A stretch of 64,000 nt of DNA from Thermoplasmatota archaeon (GTDB lineage Archaea; Thermoplasmatota; E2; DHVEG-1): positions 2,761-66,760 of the forward strand of contig JAOZSQ010000002.1 of NCBI GenBank assembly GCA_029939595.1. The letters are read 5' to 3'. A program made the position numbers and the translations under genes. Below the pieces are notes generated by a model. That model did not search any database. It saw only the letters and a program-made list of their open reading frames with translations, and was not told the DNA's origin. Below, one piece after another: positions 29,417 through 38,955 of this stretch; position 1 is the stretch's first letter, and every line of letters starts with the position of its first letter.

Positions 29417-31015
29417 ATGAAAAAAATGATATTTGTCAATTTAGTATCTCTAATTATTATCACTTTAATATTAATACAACCTGTATCCTCAAACATATCT
29501 TGTTCACAGAACGAAATAATCATTGTGGATAATGAAGGAGATGGTGATTATCAAACCATACAACAAGCAATAGATAATGCAAATTCGGGCGATATAATCC
29601 AAATATATAGTGGAATTTACAATGAGAAACTAATCATTCAAAAAGAAAGAATCACACTTAAAGGAATTGATCATGAATTGGGAGCTGGAACTGATACTGA
29701 ATATCCAATCATCAATGGAGATCAGATTGGAAATGTTATCGAAATATATGGAAAACATTGTCAAATAACATCATGTATCATCCAAAATAGTGGACATGGT
29801 ATTTTTGATGCAGGAATTTTCATTCTTTCAAATGAAGTAATAATATCTGCAAATGGAATTGTTAGTAATCAGTATGGTATTCTTGTAAATAATTGTACTG
29901 AAAACATTATAGAAAATAATTACATTCTTTCAAACACTATGGATGGGATATACCTTCTTTTCACAGAAGAAAACATCATTTCAAATAATATCATTAGGGA
30001 AAATGGTTTCCAAGGAATGTTTATGTATGAGGCAAATAAAAATACCATAACTGAAAACACTTTTTCACTGAATGGTAAAGATGGTATTCATCTAAGGAAT
30101 ACCTGTATGAACAATGAAATAACAAAAAACATAATTCATTCAAATAGTATCGATGGAATAAAAATAATGGATTCAAATGTTTATTATAATAATTTAAACA
30201 ATAATGAAATTTATTCAAATGGCTGGAATGGGGTTCATATTGTCAATGGACAATCAAATATCATATCCGATAATATGATTTATTTAAACTTATTAAATGG
30301 AATTCAAATTGGAAACGCAGATAACAATAGAATCATACGAAATACCATCCAAGACAATAAAGAAGAAGGCATTGTCTTTTTGTTCTCAGGATCTCAAAAT
30401 AATCAAATATACTATAATAATATAATTAATGATAATGCATTTGATGGTGGAAAAAACATATGGGATGATGGAAGAGATGCCGGGGGAAACTACTGGTCAT
30501 ATTACAAGGGGTTAGATGTGGATGGAGATGGCATTGGCGATACACCTTATATTATTGAGGGAATGGGAAATATGGATAATACACCATTCATTGACCCTTT
30601 ATATCCGCCTCAAACTCCAAGTCAACCAAGAGGGCCTACAATTGGAGTACCCGGAACAAGTTACACATATAGAACAACTTCATCAGATAATCTGCACAAT
30701 AAGATACAATATGGGTGGGATTGGAATGGAGATGATGTTGTGGATGAATGGACTTTTTTTTATTCACCTGAAGAACCATGTGAAACATCTTATATTTGGA
30801 ATCAAAATGGAACATATCAAATAAAAGTGAAAGCAATGGATGATCAGGGTTTTCAAAGTGATTGGTCACAACCATTATCAATTACGATGCCAAAAGATCC
30901 AAAAAACAAAATAGACATTATAGGAAATTTCATATTCAACTTTTGTCAACAGATTCTATATCGTATTTATGCTATAATTGTGGCTGACCAACAACCAAAT
31001 ATTGCAAAATACTAG
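29417..31015 (+). CDS. Secreted NosD/CASH beta-helix protein with PKD domain
   Basis: VDNEGDGDY.TIQ.AID, Asn-ladder repeats, GNYWS.Y.G.D.DGDGIGDTPY, PKD-like C-terminal domain. Confidence 0.88.
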   Translation: MKKMIFVNLVSLIIITLILIQPVSSNISCSQNEIIIVDNEGDGDYQTIQQAIDNANSGDIIQIYSGIYNEKLIIQKERITLKGIDHELGAGTDTEYPIINGDQIGNVIEIYGKHCQITSCIIQNSGHGIFDAGIFILSNEVIISANGIVSNQYGILVNNCTENIIENNYILSNTMDGIYLLFTEENIISNNIIRENGFQGMFMYEANKNTITENTFSLNGKDGIHLRNTCMNNEITKNIIHSNSIDGIKIMDSNVYYNNLNNNEIYSNGWNGVHIVNGQSNIISDNMIYLNLLNGIQIGNADNNRIIRNTIQDNKEEGIVFLFSGSQNNQIYYNNIINDNAFDGGKNIWDDGRDAGGNYWSYYKGLDVDGDGIGDTPYIIEGMGNMDNTPFIDPLYPPQTPSQPRGPTIGVPGTSYTYRTTSSDNLHNKIQYGWDWNGDDVVDEWTFFYSPEEPCETSYIWNQNGTYQIKVKAMDDQGFQSDWSQPLSITMPKDPKNKIDIIGNFIFNFCQQILYRIYAIIVADQQPNIAKY

Positions 31016-31151
31016 TAATCAAAAAGACATTTGTTCAATGAAAATCCCGGATTTCTATGCAAGGAATACTGTTTTAAGCACTCTGCGATCTAGAATTGGA
31101 ATTATTAGTCAGCCTCAATTTTATATGCATTATAATAGAATATGTCTGAAT

Positions 31152-32159
31152 TCAATTTCTAAATGAAAAGATATTTCCAAAGATATTACTTATGGACCTT
31201 TCTATGATTAATTTAACAATATTGTTAAAAAACCGATTTAAAGCATACTTAGTAACATTTGACATAAAATCTGAGAATTTGCTTTCATGTATATGAATTG
31301 TAATTGTTTCAATATCCGAATTTCCATCTTCATCAGTTACGTTAAGTGATACTTGATAGATTCCAGGAATCCAGAATATGTGGGAGGGATTCTGTTCAGT
31401 ACTTTCCTTGTTTTTTGGAAGAAATCCATCATCAAAAAACCAATGATATGAATGATTACCATTATCGCTATCTAAACAATCACCATAGAAGTTTATTTTC
31501 TTTGGTGCTTTTCCGCTGATACTACTAGATGTTAGAATGGCATGAGGAATGTATTTTTCAATAACATTGATCTCAATGGATGTTGTTACTTCAATTCTAT
31601 TATCAAATGAAACAGTTAGCCAAACATAATATGATCCTGTTTCATTAAACCAGTGTATTGGATTTTGGATGTCTGATGTTGAACCATCTCCAAAATCCCA
31701 GTGGTATGAAGAGATCTTACGTTCAAGATCATATGCATTTCCTGAAAAATTAATCAATAATGGAGATTTTCCAACGGTTTTATTAGTAGTTATTGATGCA
31801 ATAGGTTTCTGATAATTTACAACATCGATTTCAATAGTATCGCTTGATTTTGCTCCTGCATTGTCCCATACCGTAATTGTTGCAAAAAAGGTTCCTTGTT
31901 TAGAATATGTATGTCTAATCATTTCTTTATCTGATTCCGAACCATCTCCAAAATCCCATAGAACTTTTTTTATATCTCCATCTTGATCATTATGAAAGCA
32001 AGAAAATGAAATAATTAATGGTGCAGTTCCATATGAAACATCTGCTTGTGCTTCTACAACAGGAATAATATTTTCTTTGAATGATTGACCAATAGTAATG
32101 CTTAGTGCGGATGTTATAATAATGATGCAAACAAATAATGCTAATGTTTTATTTTCCAT
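31152..32159 (-). CDS. Secreted protein with three PKD domains
   Basis: WDFGDG twice plus WFFDDG, G.APL motifs; signal peptide from ATG 32159. Confidence 0.9.
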   Translation of the reverse strand: MENKTLALFVCIIIITSALSITIGQSFKENIIPVVEAQADVSYGTAPLIISFSCFHNDQDGDIKKVLWDFGDGSESDKEMIRHTYSKQGTFFATITVWDNAGAKSSDTIEIDVVNYQKPIASITTNKTVGKSPLLINFSGNAYDLERKISSYHWDFGDGSTSDIQNPIHWFNETGSYYVWLTVSFDNRIEVTTSIEINVIEKYIPHAILTSSSISGKAPKKINFYGDCLDSDNGNHSYHWFFDDGFLPKNKESTEQNPSHIFWIPGIYQVSLNVTDEDGNSDIETITIHIHESKFSDFMSNVTKYALNRFFNNIVKLIIERSISNIFGNIFSFRN

Positions 32160-32386
32160 ATGCCCTCGCCATTGAATCTTGATAATCAAAATATAATAAT
32201 ATCATATAAATATTTTGAATATATTAAAAACAAATTAAAAATAATAAAATCTTTTGGAGGTTAAAATTTTATTCAAAATTAACTTATAATACAATTGATT
32301 TCTTCAAGATTATTTACATTATTAACAAATAAATATGGAAAAGTTTATATTGATAATCTCATAATAACTAATATTGTTGTGAAAAA

Positions 32387-33088
32387 ATGAAAAAAACAAT
32401 ACTAATTGGTCTAAGTTTATCTTTATTTGCAATTCTTCTAATACCATCTGTTCCTGCAGTAGAATTATCCTTGGTTAAAGATGAACAAATAAAGACAATT
32501 ACTGAACAATTTTCAATAATTAGTCAAATCAGTGATTTTCATGAAAACGATCTTTTAGATAAACAAACAACAGATACTTTCAATTTATATTTTGAAGAAA
32601 TAATCAATAATTTTGAAAAAAAAATATTTGAATCTGATGCTGACGTTGGAAATGATGAGGGCGGTGAACCACGATTTTTCCCGTTTCTAGGGATTTTTAT
32701 TTATCTAGCGATTGCTTATGTTCTTCTTGCCATTAGTGTAATTGTCCTAAGGTTCATTGGAGGCGGAATTAGAGGCATCTTTCAAGGGATTAAATTAAAA
32801 ATTCTACAGTTCATAGGTTCTATTATTTCTATTGTAAGTTTTATTATAACTCTTGCTTTAAATATTGTAAAAGGTGCATTATCAACAGGCCTTAAAGTTG
32901 GAACATTTATTCTTGATGTTATTCTACTTATCTTTACTGGTATTTTTACAGTATTACTAATATTAATTCAAGGTATTGGAAATATTATTGCAGATATATG
33001 GAATGGAATTGGAACAATACTACAATTTATTTTGGAGATTATTAGTGTAATCATTGAGACAATATTTCCCAACATAGGTGTTAATTAA
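32387..33088 (+). CDS. Hypothetical membrane protein with long amphipathic C-terminal half
   Basis: Signal peptide, acidic linker, about 130 aa rich in Ile/Leu/Gly. Confidence 0.75.
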   Translation: MKKTILIGLSLSLFAILLIPSVPAVELSLVKDEQIKTITEQFSIISQISDFHENDLLDKQTTDTFNLYFEEIINNFEKKIFESDADVGNDEGGEPRFFPFLGIFIYLAIAYVLLAISVIVLRFIGGGIRGIFQGIKLKILQFIGSIISIVSFIITLALNIVKGALSTGLKVGTFILDVILLIFTGIFTVLLILIQGIGNIIADIWNGIGTILQFILEIISVIIETIFPNIGVN

Positions 33089-33128
33089 CAATAAGAAATA
33101 TTAAATGGCTTTCATTGAAATAAAATAT

Positions 33129-33773
33129 TTATTTTTTCTCAGTTGATTTCTTCTTTTTTAGATATGGGACATTTGTTCTCTTATTATAACTGATTTCATA
33201 CTGTTTAGGCTTAGTACAAGGAGTTCCTTTTTCCGAAGATCCCTTACTAAAATAATATAATGTTTGCATTGTATCATTGCGCATCTTTATCTGTTGTTTA
33301 TTAAGAATATAGTCACCAATCTGTAAGAACTCAGGTTCTAAATCTTCTATTTCATCCTTTGATGTTTCTAATGGTATAAAAATAGATATGACATGTGACA
33401 TTAATAGATACATAAGTGCGACTAATGATGCAGTAAATAAGAGATAATAAATTAAAATATTTTCTTGATAATATAAAACCGAGGAAAGATTATAAATTAA
33501 TGAAAATGTGAAGAATCCAACTATAGTATAGTATGAACCGCGCTTTTGATTCAAGAACCCATATGGAATAATTCCTAGAATAATAAAATTTAAGATAAGT
33601 TCAAGACTAAATAGAATCGAAAAAAATGATATTGAAGTTAATTCTTCAATTTGTCCATTGACAAAACCAAAGAAGAAAACATGGAATAATAGGTTTATAA
33701 AACTCAACAATAATAATAGAATCATTGGTCCTAAGATACTTTTTGAACTTGATGATAATGTTTCTTTTACCAT
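33129..33773 (-). CDS. Hypothetical 4-TM protein with basic C-terminal domain
   Basis: Four hydrophobic segments, then YYFSK..GTPC.KP..YEI..NKRT.VPYLKKK. Confidence 0.75.
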   Translation of the reverse strand: MVKETLSSSSKSILGPMILLLLLSFINLLFHVFFFGFVNGQIEELTSISFFSILFSLELILNFIILGIIPYGFLNQKRGSYYTIVGFFTFSLIYNLSSVLYYQENILIYYLLFTASLVALMYLLMSHVISIFIPLETSKDEIEDLEPEFLQIGDYILNKQQIKMRNDTMQTLYYFSKGSSEKGTPCTKPKQYEISYNKRTNVPYLKKKKSTEKK

Positions 33774-33877
33774 AAAACCACCCATATAATGGTAAATAGA
33801 TTTAACCATAAAAACCTTCCTTTCAATAACATAAAAATTAATGAATTTAAAACCAGAGATAAAAAATGAAAGTACGA

Positions 33878-34600
33878 TTAGAGTTTCTTTGCAGGAATCC
33901 CTACATACATATTTCCTGAGATTAATCGTTGTTTTTTGGTTACAAGGGCACCGGCAGCAACTGTTACATTATCTTCAATGATTGCACCAGGCATGATAAT
34001 TGCTCCTGCACCAATCACACAATTATTTCCAATTGATACTGGATCTATAAGTATAGTTCCTTTTTCAAAATTATGTATATGGCCATAAATGATTGCATAT
34101 TCGCCCATTGTTGAATTCTTTCCAAACGATGTAACACAAGGATCTTTAATTACTCCACCAACTAGTGTATTTTTTCCAATTTTCATCCCCAATAATCGAA
34201 AATATGTATTTTTTAATCGACCAATTGGAATAATTTCTAGAATTTTTCGAATTGGTGTATATATTGATACTATAATCATCCATTTTAAAACATTTTTTTC
34301 ATGAGTTGAATATGGATAAGAACCAGGCATGTAATAAATATTAAATATTTTGATTATTAAACCTGAGAGGAATATTTGAGATAGCAGTAAAATAGATATT
34401 CCAAAATAAACAATAAATGGGAGAAGTAAAAGGGTCCAGTTAATGAAAGTAAAAGGAATAAAAATTTTTATGAATAAACAATAAAATATTATGGGAATAA
34501 ATCCAATTGAAAATATTATTATGCTTGAAAGTGGTATTATAAGGTAGGATAACAGGAATTTTTCTTCATTGTTGTGATCCTTTTTTTGTGTTGTCATCAA
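33878..34600 (-). CDS. Membrane-anchored hexapeptide-repeat (LbH) acyltransferase
   Basis: LGMKIGKN, VSIGNNCVIGAGAIIMPGAIIEDNVTVAAGALV, YVGIPAK. Confidence 0.88.
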   Translation of the reverse strand: MMTTQKKDHNNEEKFLLSYLIIPLSSIIIFSIGFIPIIFYCLFIKIFIPFTFINWTLLLLPFIVYFGISILLLSQIFLSGLIIKIFNIYYMPGSYPYSTHEKNVLKWMIIVSIYTPIRKILEIIPIGRLKNTYFRLLGMKIGKNTLVGGVIKDPCVTSFGKNSTMGEYAIIYGHIHNFEKGTILIDPVSIGNNCVIGAGAIIMPGAIIEDNVTVAAGALVTKKQRLISGNMYVGIPAKKL

Positions 34601-34759
34601 AAAAATAACATCTAAAAGGAAGTAATAAAATTAATGATTTAATTAGAATTATTGAAGAGAATAAATGTGTTAGAATGTTATAATTTTAATTTTTTGTAGA
34701 ATAACAACATTTATAATTCATAATGACCATAATTTATTTGGACAAATGAGTAATGCACA

Positions 34760-36355
34760 ATGGGGACAAAAAAATTAATTTCAATAATGCTTGTATTATT
34801 AATGTTTTCATCAATTTCTCAAATTGGAATTGCAACTCAGAAAACAAATCCACAATTAAAAGATTCAATTAAAGAAAAACTTGATCTTATACAAGATGCA
34901 ATTAACGATAAAAAAGCAGATTGGGTTGCTGGTCATAATAATATTTTTACAGATAAAATAGATTTTATTGAAGAGTTTCTTGGATGCAATCTCAATGAAA
35001 GTGAGATTATTAATCAAGATGAACCAATTTCAACTTCTGATCTTCCAGCATCTTATGATTGGAGGAATGTTGATGGATTGAACTATGTAACTTCAATAAA
35101 AAATCAAGCAAGTTGTGGAAGTTGTGTGGGATTTGCAACTATTGGTGCATTAGAGGCTGTTGTTCAAATTGAGGCAGGAGAAATTTTTGATTGTGATTTA
35201 TCAGAATCACATTTATTTTTTTGTGGTGGAGGTTCTTGTGGTGGAGGATGGTTTCCAGAAGAAGCTACTGATTTTGTGGAAAATGTAGGAGTAGTTGATG
35301 AACTCTGTTTTCCATATAGTTCTTATGATTTAAACTGTGATCAAAAACAATCAAATTGGAAATCGCGAGTAATTAAAGCAAAAAATACTGGATCTACCTC
35401 AGAAAATCAAAATATAAAAGATGCATTAATTACATATGGACCTCTTTTAACAACATTTAAAGTTTATGATGATTTCAGTAGTTATAATGGGGGCATCTAT
35501 GAGCACGTATGGGGAAATCAAGTTGGAGGCCATGCAGTAGTAATCATTGGTTATAATGATGATCCGGGATATTGGATATGTAAAAATAGTTGGGGTGAAG
35601 GTTGGGGTGAAGACGGATTCTTCAATATTAAATATAGAGAATGTAAAATAGATAAAAAGGTATATTTCTTTGATCAAATAATTGGAAATATTCAACCCTC
35701 AAAACCTAAAATCATTCAACCAATAAATGGGGAAAATTCTCTTGATACAGATATTACTCTTCAATGGGATCAAAGTTATGATATTGATGGAGATTTTATT
35801 TCATACGCTGTTTATTTAAATGAAGGTCATAAAATTGATTTAGATTCAGAACCAATTGTATCAGGACTAGCAACAAATTCATATGAAATCAATAAATTAA
35901 AAAAAGACACAATTTATTCATGGCAAGTTGTTTCAGAAGATGCACAAGGATCTCAACATAGCGTTGGAAAAAATTTATTTTTCACTCGATCGCCATTTGC
36001 GCCAATAATATCAGGCCCTAAACAAATTAAAAATGATAAATCCTATACATATATTGCCTCAACTGAGGATACTGATGGATCAGAATACTATTGGTTTTTT
36101 CAATGGGGTGATGATGAAAATTCAGGTTGGCTAGGCCCATATAATTCAGGTGAAAAAGTAAGTGCGAGCCATACTTGGAGCGATGATGGAGATTATACTA
36201 TTAAAGTTAGATATAAAGAAGATGGTATTGAAAGTGATGTGGGTTCGATAGAGATAAGCAACACAAAAACTAGAACGGGTTTTTTTAATTTCATTTGTGA
36301 GTTTTTAAATCACAATTTACTAAAATATTTTTTTCCACAACAATTATTTTTATAA
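34760..36355 (+). CDS. Secreted papain-family (C1A) cysteine peptidase with Fn3-like and PKD domains
   Basis: LPASYDWR, QASCGSC, GGHAVVIIGY, KNSWG..WGEDGFF. Confidence 0.93.
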   Translation: MGTKKLISIMLVLLMFSSISQIGIATQKTNPQLKDSIKEKLDLIQDAINDKKADWVAGHNNIFTDKIDFIEEFLGCNLNESEIINQDEPISTSDLPASYDWRNVDGLNYVTSIKNQASCGSCVGFATIGALEAVVQIEAGEIFDCDLSESHLFFCGGGSCGGGWFPEEATDFVENVGVVDELCFPYSSYDLNCDQKQSNWKSRVIKAKNTGSTSENQNIKDALITYGPLLTTFKVYDDFSSYNGGIYEHVWGNQVGGHAVVIIGYNDDPGYWICKNSWGEGWGEDGFFNIKYRECKIDKKVYFFDQIIGNIQPSKPKIIQPINGENSLDTDITLQWDQSYDIDGDFISYAVYLNEGHKIDLDSEPIVSGLATNSYEINKLKKDTIYSWQVVSEDAQGSQHSVGKNLFFTRSPFAPIISGPKQIKNDKSYTYIASTEDTDGSEYYWFFQWGDDENSGWLGPYNSGEKVSASHTWSDDGDYTIKVRYKEDGIESDVGSIEISNTKTRTGFFNFICEFLNHNLLKYFFPQQLFL

Positions 36356-36466
36356 TTTGGCAGATTTCCATAAAATAGAACAATTCAATATAATAAATAA
36401 CATAATTAAAAATTTAAAAAGTATATGCATTATTTTTTATAATAATGATAATTTAAAAACTATTGA

Positions 36467-36542
36467 ACTTTTTGGATGTAATCACAAATACGATAATTTT
36501 TTTTTACGATTCGTTTAAATTTTTAATAAAAGCCTTCATATA
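36467..36542 (+). promoter_or_regulatory. Repeated promoter block, copy 1
   Basis: ACTTTTTGGATGTAATCACAAA..TTTTACGATTCGTTT..AAAGCCTTCATATA; near-identical to 36778-36852. Confidence 0.7.
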
Positions 36543-36564
36543 ATATGTATCATAATTATAGCTG

Positions 36565-36685
36565 TGGTAATAATTAGTAGTGGAATCATATGTAATGTCA
36601 AGAAAAATATTAATTGTTTATTATTACATTTATATATTTCCCTTCTTGTTTTCATATACGCCCCTCCACTCTAATTATATTACCA
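36565..36685 (+). ncRNA. Structured RNA motif, copy 1 (free-standing, no downstream ORF)
   Basis: TGGTAATAATTAGTAGTGG pairs with CCACTCTAATTATATTACCA; conserved ATATG/CATAT and TTTCCCTTCTTGTTTT. Confidence 0.65.
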
Positions 36686-36777
36686 ATATAATCAAAATTA
36701 TAAATATCATTATCTATAATAAAATTATGATTTTAAAAAACAATAAAATTTAAAGATAAAAATGATTGAATAAGCTT

Positions 36778-36852
36778 ACTTTTTGGATGTAATTACAAAA
36801 AGATTATATTTTTTTACGATTCGTTTTAATTTTTAATGAAAGCCTTCATATA
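36778..36852 (+). promoter_or_regulatory. Repeated promoter block, copy 2 (contains palindrome TGTAATTACA)
   Basis: Near-identical to copy 1; BRE/TATA AAAGCCTTCATATA. Confidence 0.7.
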
Positions 36853-36883
36853 TTTCTTAATATCATTGTGTGTTAATACTAAC

Positions 36884-36998
36884 GGTAATAATGATGTAGT
36901 GGATTAATATGTTTACAAATATTAAGGCTAATATTCCTAACATTGTAATATTTCCTTTCTTGTTTTCATGTTTACCCCGCCACTACAACAATATTACC
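36884..36998 (+). ncRNA. Structured RNA motif, copy 2 (5' leader of the 37019 gene)
   Basis: GGTAATAATGATGTAGTGG / CCACTACAACAATATTACC, 17 of 19 positions paired; ends 9 nt before the SD GGGGGT. Confidence 0.7.
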
Positions 36999-37018
36999 AA
37001 AAAAATAGGGGGTCATAA

Positions 37019-38641
37019 ATGACAAAAAAAAGAAATTTTAATATGAAAAAAGTTATAATGTTAGGCGTAGTAATGATGCTTTGTTTAACGGCAATTCAAT
37101 TTGGAACAGCATCAGAAGAAATAAATGAAAATGATTTAACGATAAAAAAGTTAAATTCAGTTAGGCAACATAGAGAAGTATCATTAAAATCTGAAAAATT
37201 AACAAAAGAAAAACATATTCAAAATGATTACAACTCAATTGCAATTAATGGTAACATGCCAATTATGATCACAGAATCTGATTGTCAAAACCCTGTTATT
37301 GCAACAGATGGAAATAATATTCTTGTAATGGCCGAGGAATATCAAGGCTCAATGTCATCTGATTTAATAATGACTTATTCATCAGATGCTGGAAATACCT
37401 GGTCAGATTTATCTGGTTTTATAACAGAAGATATATTTGAGGAAAAAGCATCAATTGATTATTGTCACAATGGTGAATTTCAGGCATATGGTACATATTT
37501 ACCAGATCCAATGGTTGGAACATTATCTTTAATTCATTTTCCAAGTATGATTGATCCAGAAATGGCCTATAAAGATTCAGAAGGTTGGACAATGTGGTCT
37601 CTTGATCTTTCAACGTTTAATGATTTTTATAGTATAGATGTTGCAGGATATCCTCATGGATCAATTGCACCGGCACCAGATTTCCATGGTGTCGTAACAG
37701 TGATTGGCAATAATGAAGATGGTGAAACAATAGAAAATTTTTATGAGACTGAAGGTAATGGGATAGGTGCATGTTTTTTATCATTTGTAGGGGATTTAGG
37801 AGATAAAATATCTATAGATATTGACATTTCAACAGCAACATATTATGAGGCAATGGAGCTGAGTAATGAACCAGACATGATTGAAGATGGAGTATTTTTA
37901 GAATCATGTTGGGTTGAGCCTGGAAATGAAAACTGGTGGGAAAATGATTGGCCAGTATTTATTTTTGAAGGAGCACATAATCCTGATATCGTTGCAGGTG
38001 GTGGTAGTTGTTATTGTGTCTGTGAAGTTGGAAATGACATCGTATGTTATTATTCAAATGATAATGGTGCAAATTTCCAATCAAAAACTATAGCAAGTAA
38101 TGGAAAATATCCTGCTGTTTCAATAATAGATAACACTGTAATTTGTTCATTTACTCGAGATAATAACATTTTTACAGTTGTTTCAAAAGATAATGGAAAT
38201 ACGTGGGAAGAAACAAAGATAAATGATGTAAGTGGAAGTGCAATTGAGCAGATGCAATGTACTGATGTTTCAGGTTCAAATGTGGTCTGGACCGATGATA
38301 GAAATGGTAACTATGGAGTATACATTAGTAGTGCAGCAGAAGTAGAATTCCCAATAGTAGAAATTCAAAGTATTTCTGGAGGTTTTGGTCTTTCTGCAAA
38401 CATTATAAACTCTGGTACCGCTGATGCAAATGACATTGATTGGAGTATAGCTTTTGATGGTGGCGTTTTTATTGGCGGTGAAACATCTGGAACAATTCAA
38501 ACTCTTGCAGCAGGAGAAAGCACAACTGTTAAAACTGGATTAGTTTTTGGAGTTGGAAAGACTGATATAACAATATCTGTTGGTTCTGCATCTGAACAAA
38601 GATCTGGAAATGTTTTTCTATTTTTTGTACTAGGGATATAA
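37019..38641 (+). CDS. Secreted Asp-box (BNR/sialidase-like) protein with C-terminal CARDB/Ig-like domain
   Basis: Signal peptide; YSSDAGNTW, YSNDNGANF, VSKDNGNTW; C-terminal ISGGFG..A.I.N.G.ADA domain. Confidence 0.8.
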   Translation: MTKKRNFNMKKVIMLGVVMMLCLTAIQFGTASEEINENDLTIKKLNSVRQHREVSLKSEKLTKEKHIQNDYNSIAINGNMPIMITESDCQNPVIATDGNNILVMAEEYQGSMSSDLIMTYSSDAGNTWSDLSGFITEDIFEEKASIDYCHNGEFQAYGTYLPDPMVGTLSLIHFPSMIDPEMAYKDSEGWTMWSLDLSTFNDFYSIDVAGYPHGSIAPAPDFHGVVTVIGNNEDGETIENFYETEGNGIGACFLSFVGDLGDKISIDIDISTATYYEAMELSNEPDMIEDGVFLESCWVEPGNENWWENDWPVFIFEGAHNPDIVAGGGSCYCVCEVGNDIVCYYSNDNGANFQSKTIASNGKYPAVSIIDNTVICSFTRDNNIFTVVSKDNGNTWEETKINDVSGSAIEQMQCTDVSGSNVVWTDDRNGNYGVYISSAAEVEFPIVEIQSISGGFGLSANIINSGTADANDIDWSIAFDGGVFIGGETSGTIQTLAAGESTTVKTGLVFGVGKTDITISVGSASEQRSGNVFLFFVLGI

Positions 38642-38769
38642 TAATTATCCCACATCTTCTTTTTTTTATTTTCAACATAATAATGAACCATATTGGGAAA
38701 ATAATTAATATAATTTGAATGAAACAACAAAAAAATAAAAAATTTTTACTGTTTGTTTAAAGATTCAAT

Positions 38770-38784
38770 AAAAGCGTTCATATA
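38770..38784 (+). promoter_or_regulatory. Repeated promoter, copy 3 (BRE/TATA)
   Basis: AAAAGCGTTCATATA matches AAAGCCTTCATATA of copies 1 and 2; same spacing to the motif as copy 2. Confidence 0.65.
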
Positions 38785-38814
38785 TTTGTTATTATGATTA
38801 TAATATAATAATAT

Positions 38815-38931
38815 TGGTAATAATCATGTAGTGGATTATATGTATATGCAAGATGTCAGACATAGTATCAAGTCATAGAAATTTCGCTTTCTTGTTTTTA
38901 TATTTACCCGGCCACTACAAAAATATTACCA
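38815..38931 (+). ncRNA. Structured RNA motif, copy 3 (5' leader of the 38956 gene)
   Basis: TGGTAATAATCATGTAGTGG / CCACTACAAAAATATTACCA; TTTACCC complementary to the downstream SD region GGGTAAA. Confidence 0.7.
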
Positions 38932-38955
38932 GAAAAATTAGGGGGTAAAAAATAA

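Noticed and set aside
36467-37000. CRISPR array or CRISPR-like repeat-spacer unit
   Set aside because: Only three dispersed, degenerate copies (about 310 bp and 1.9 kb apart), no identical 24-40-bp repeats at regular spacing, no cas genes.
36565-38931. Three-copy element as a MITE or REP (terminal inverted repeats GGTAATA/TATTACC)
   Set aside because: No target-site duplications and no transposase. The upstream promoter is co-conserved, orientation and position relative to the SD are fixed, and G-U-tolerant changes favour RNA structure.
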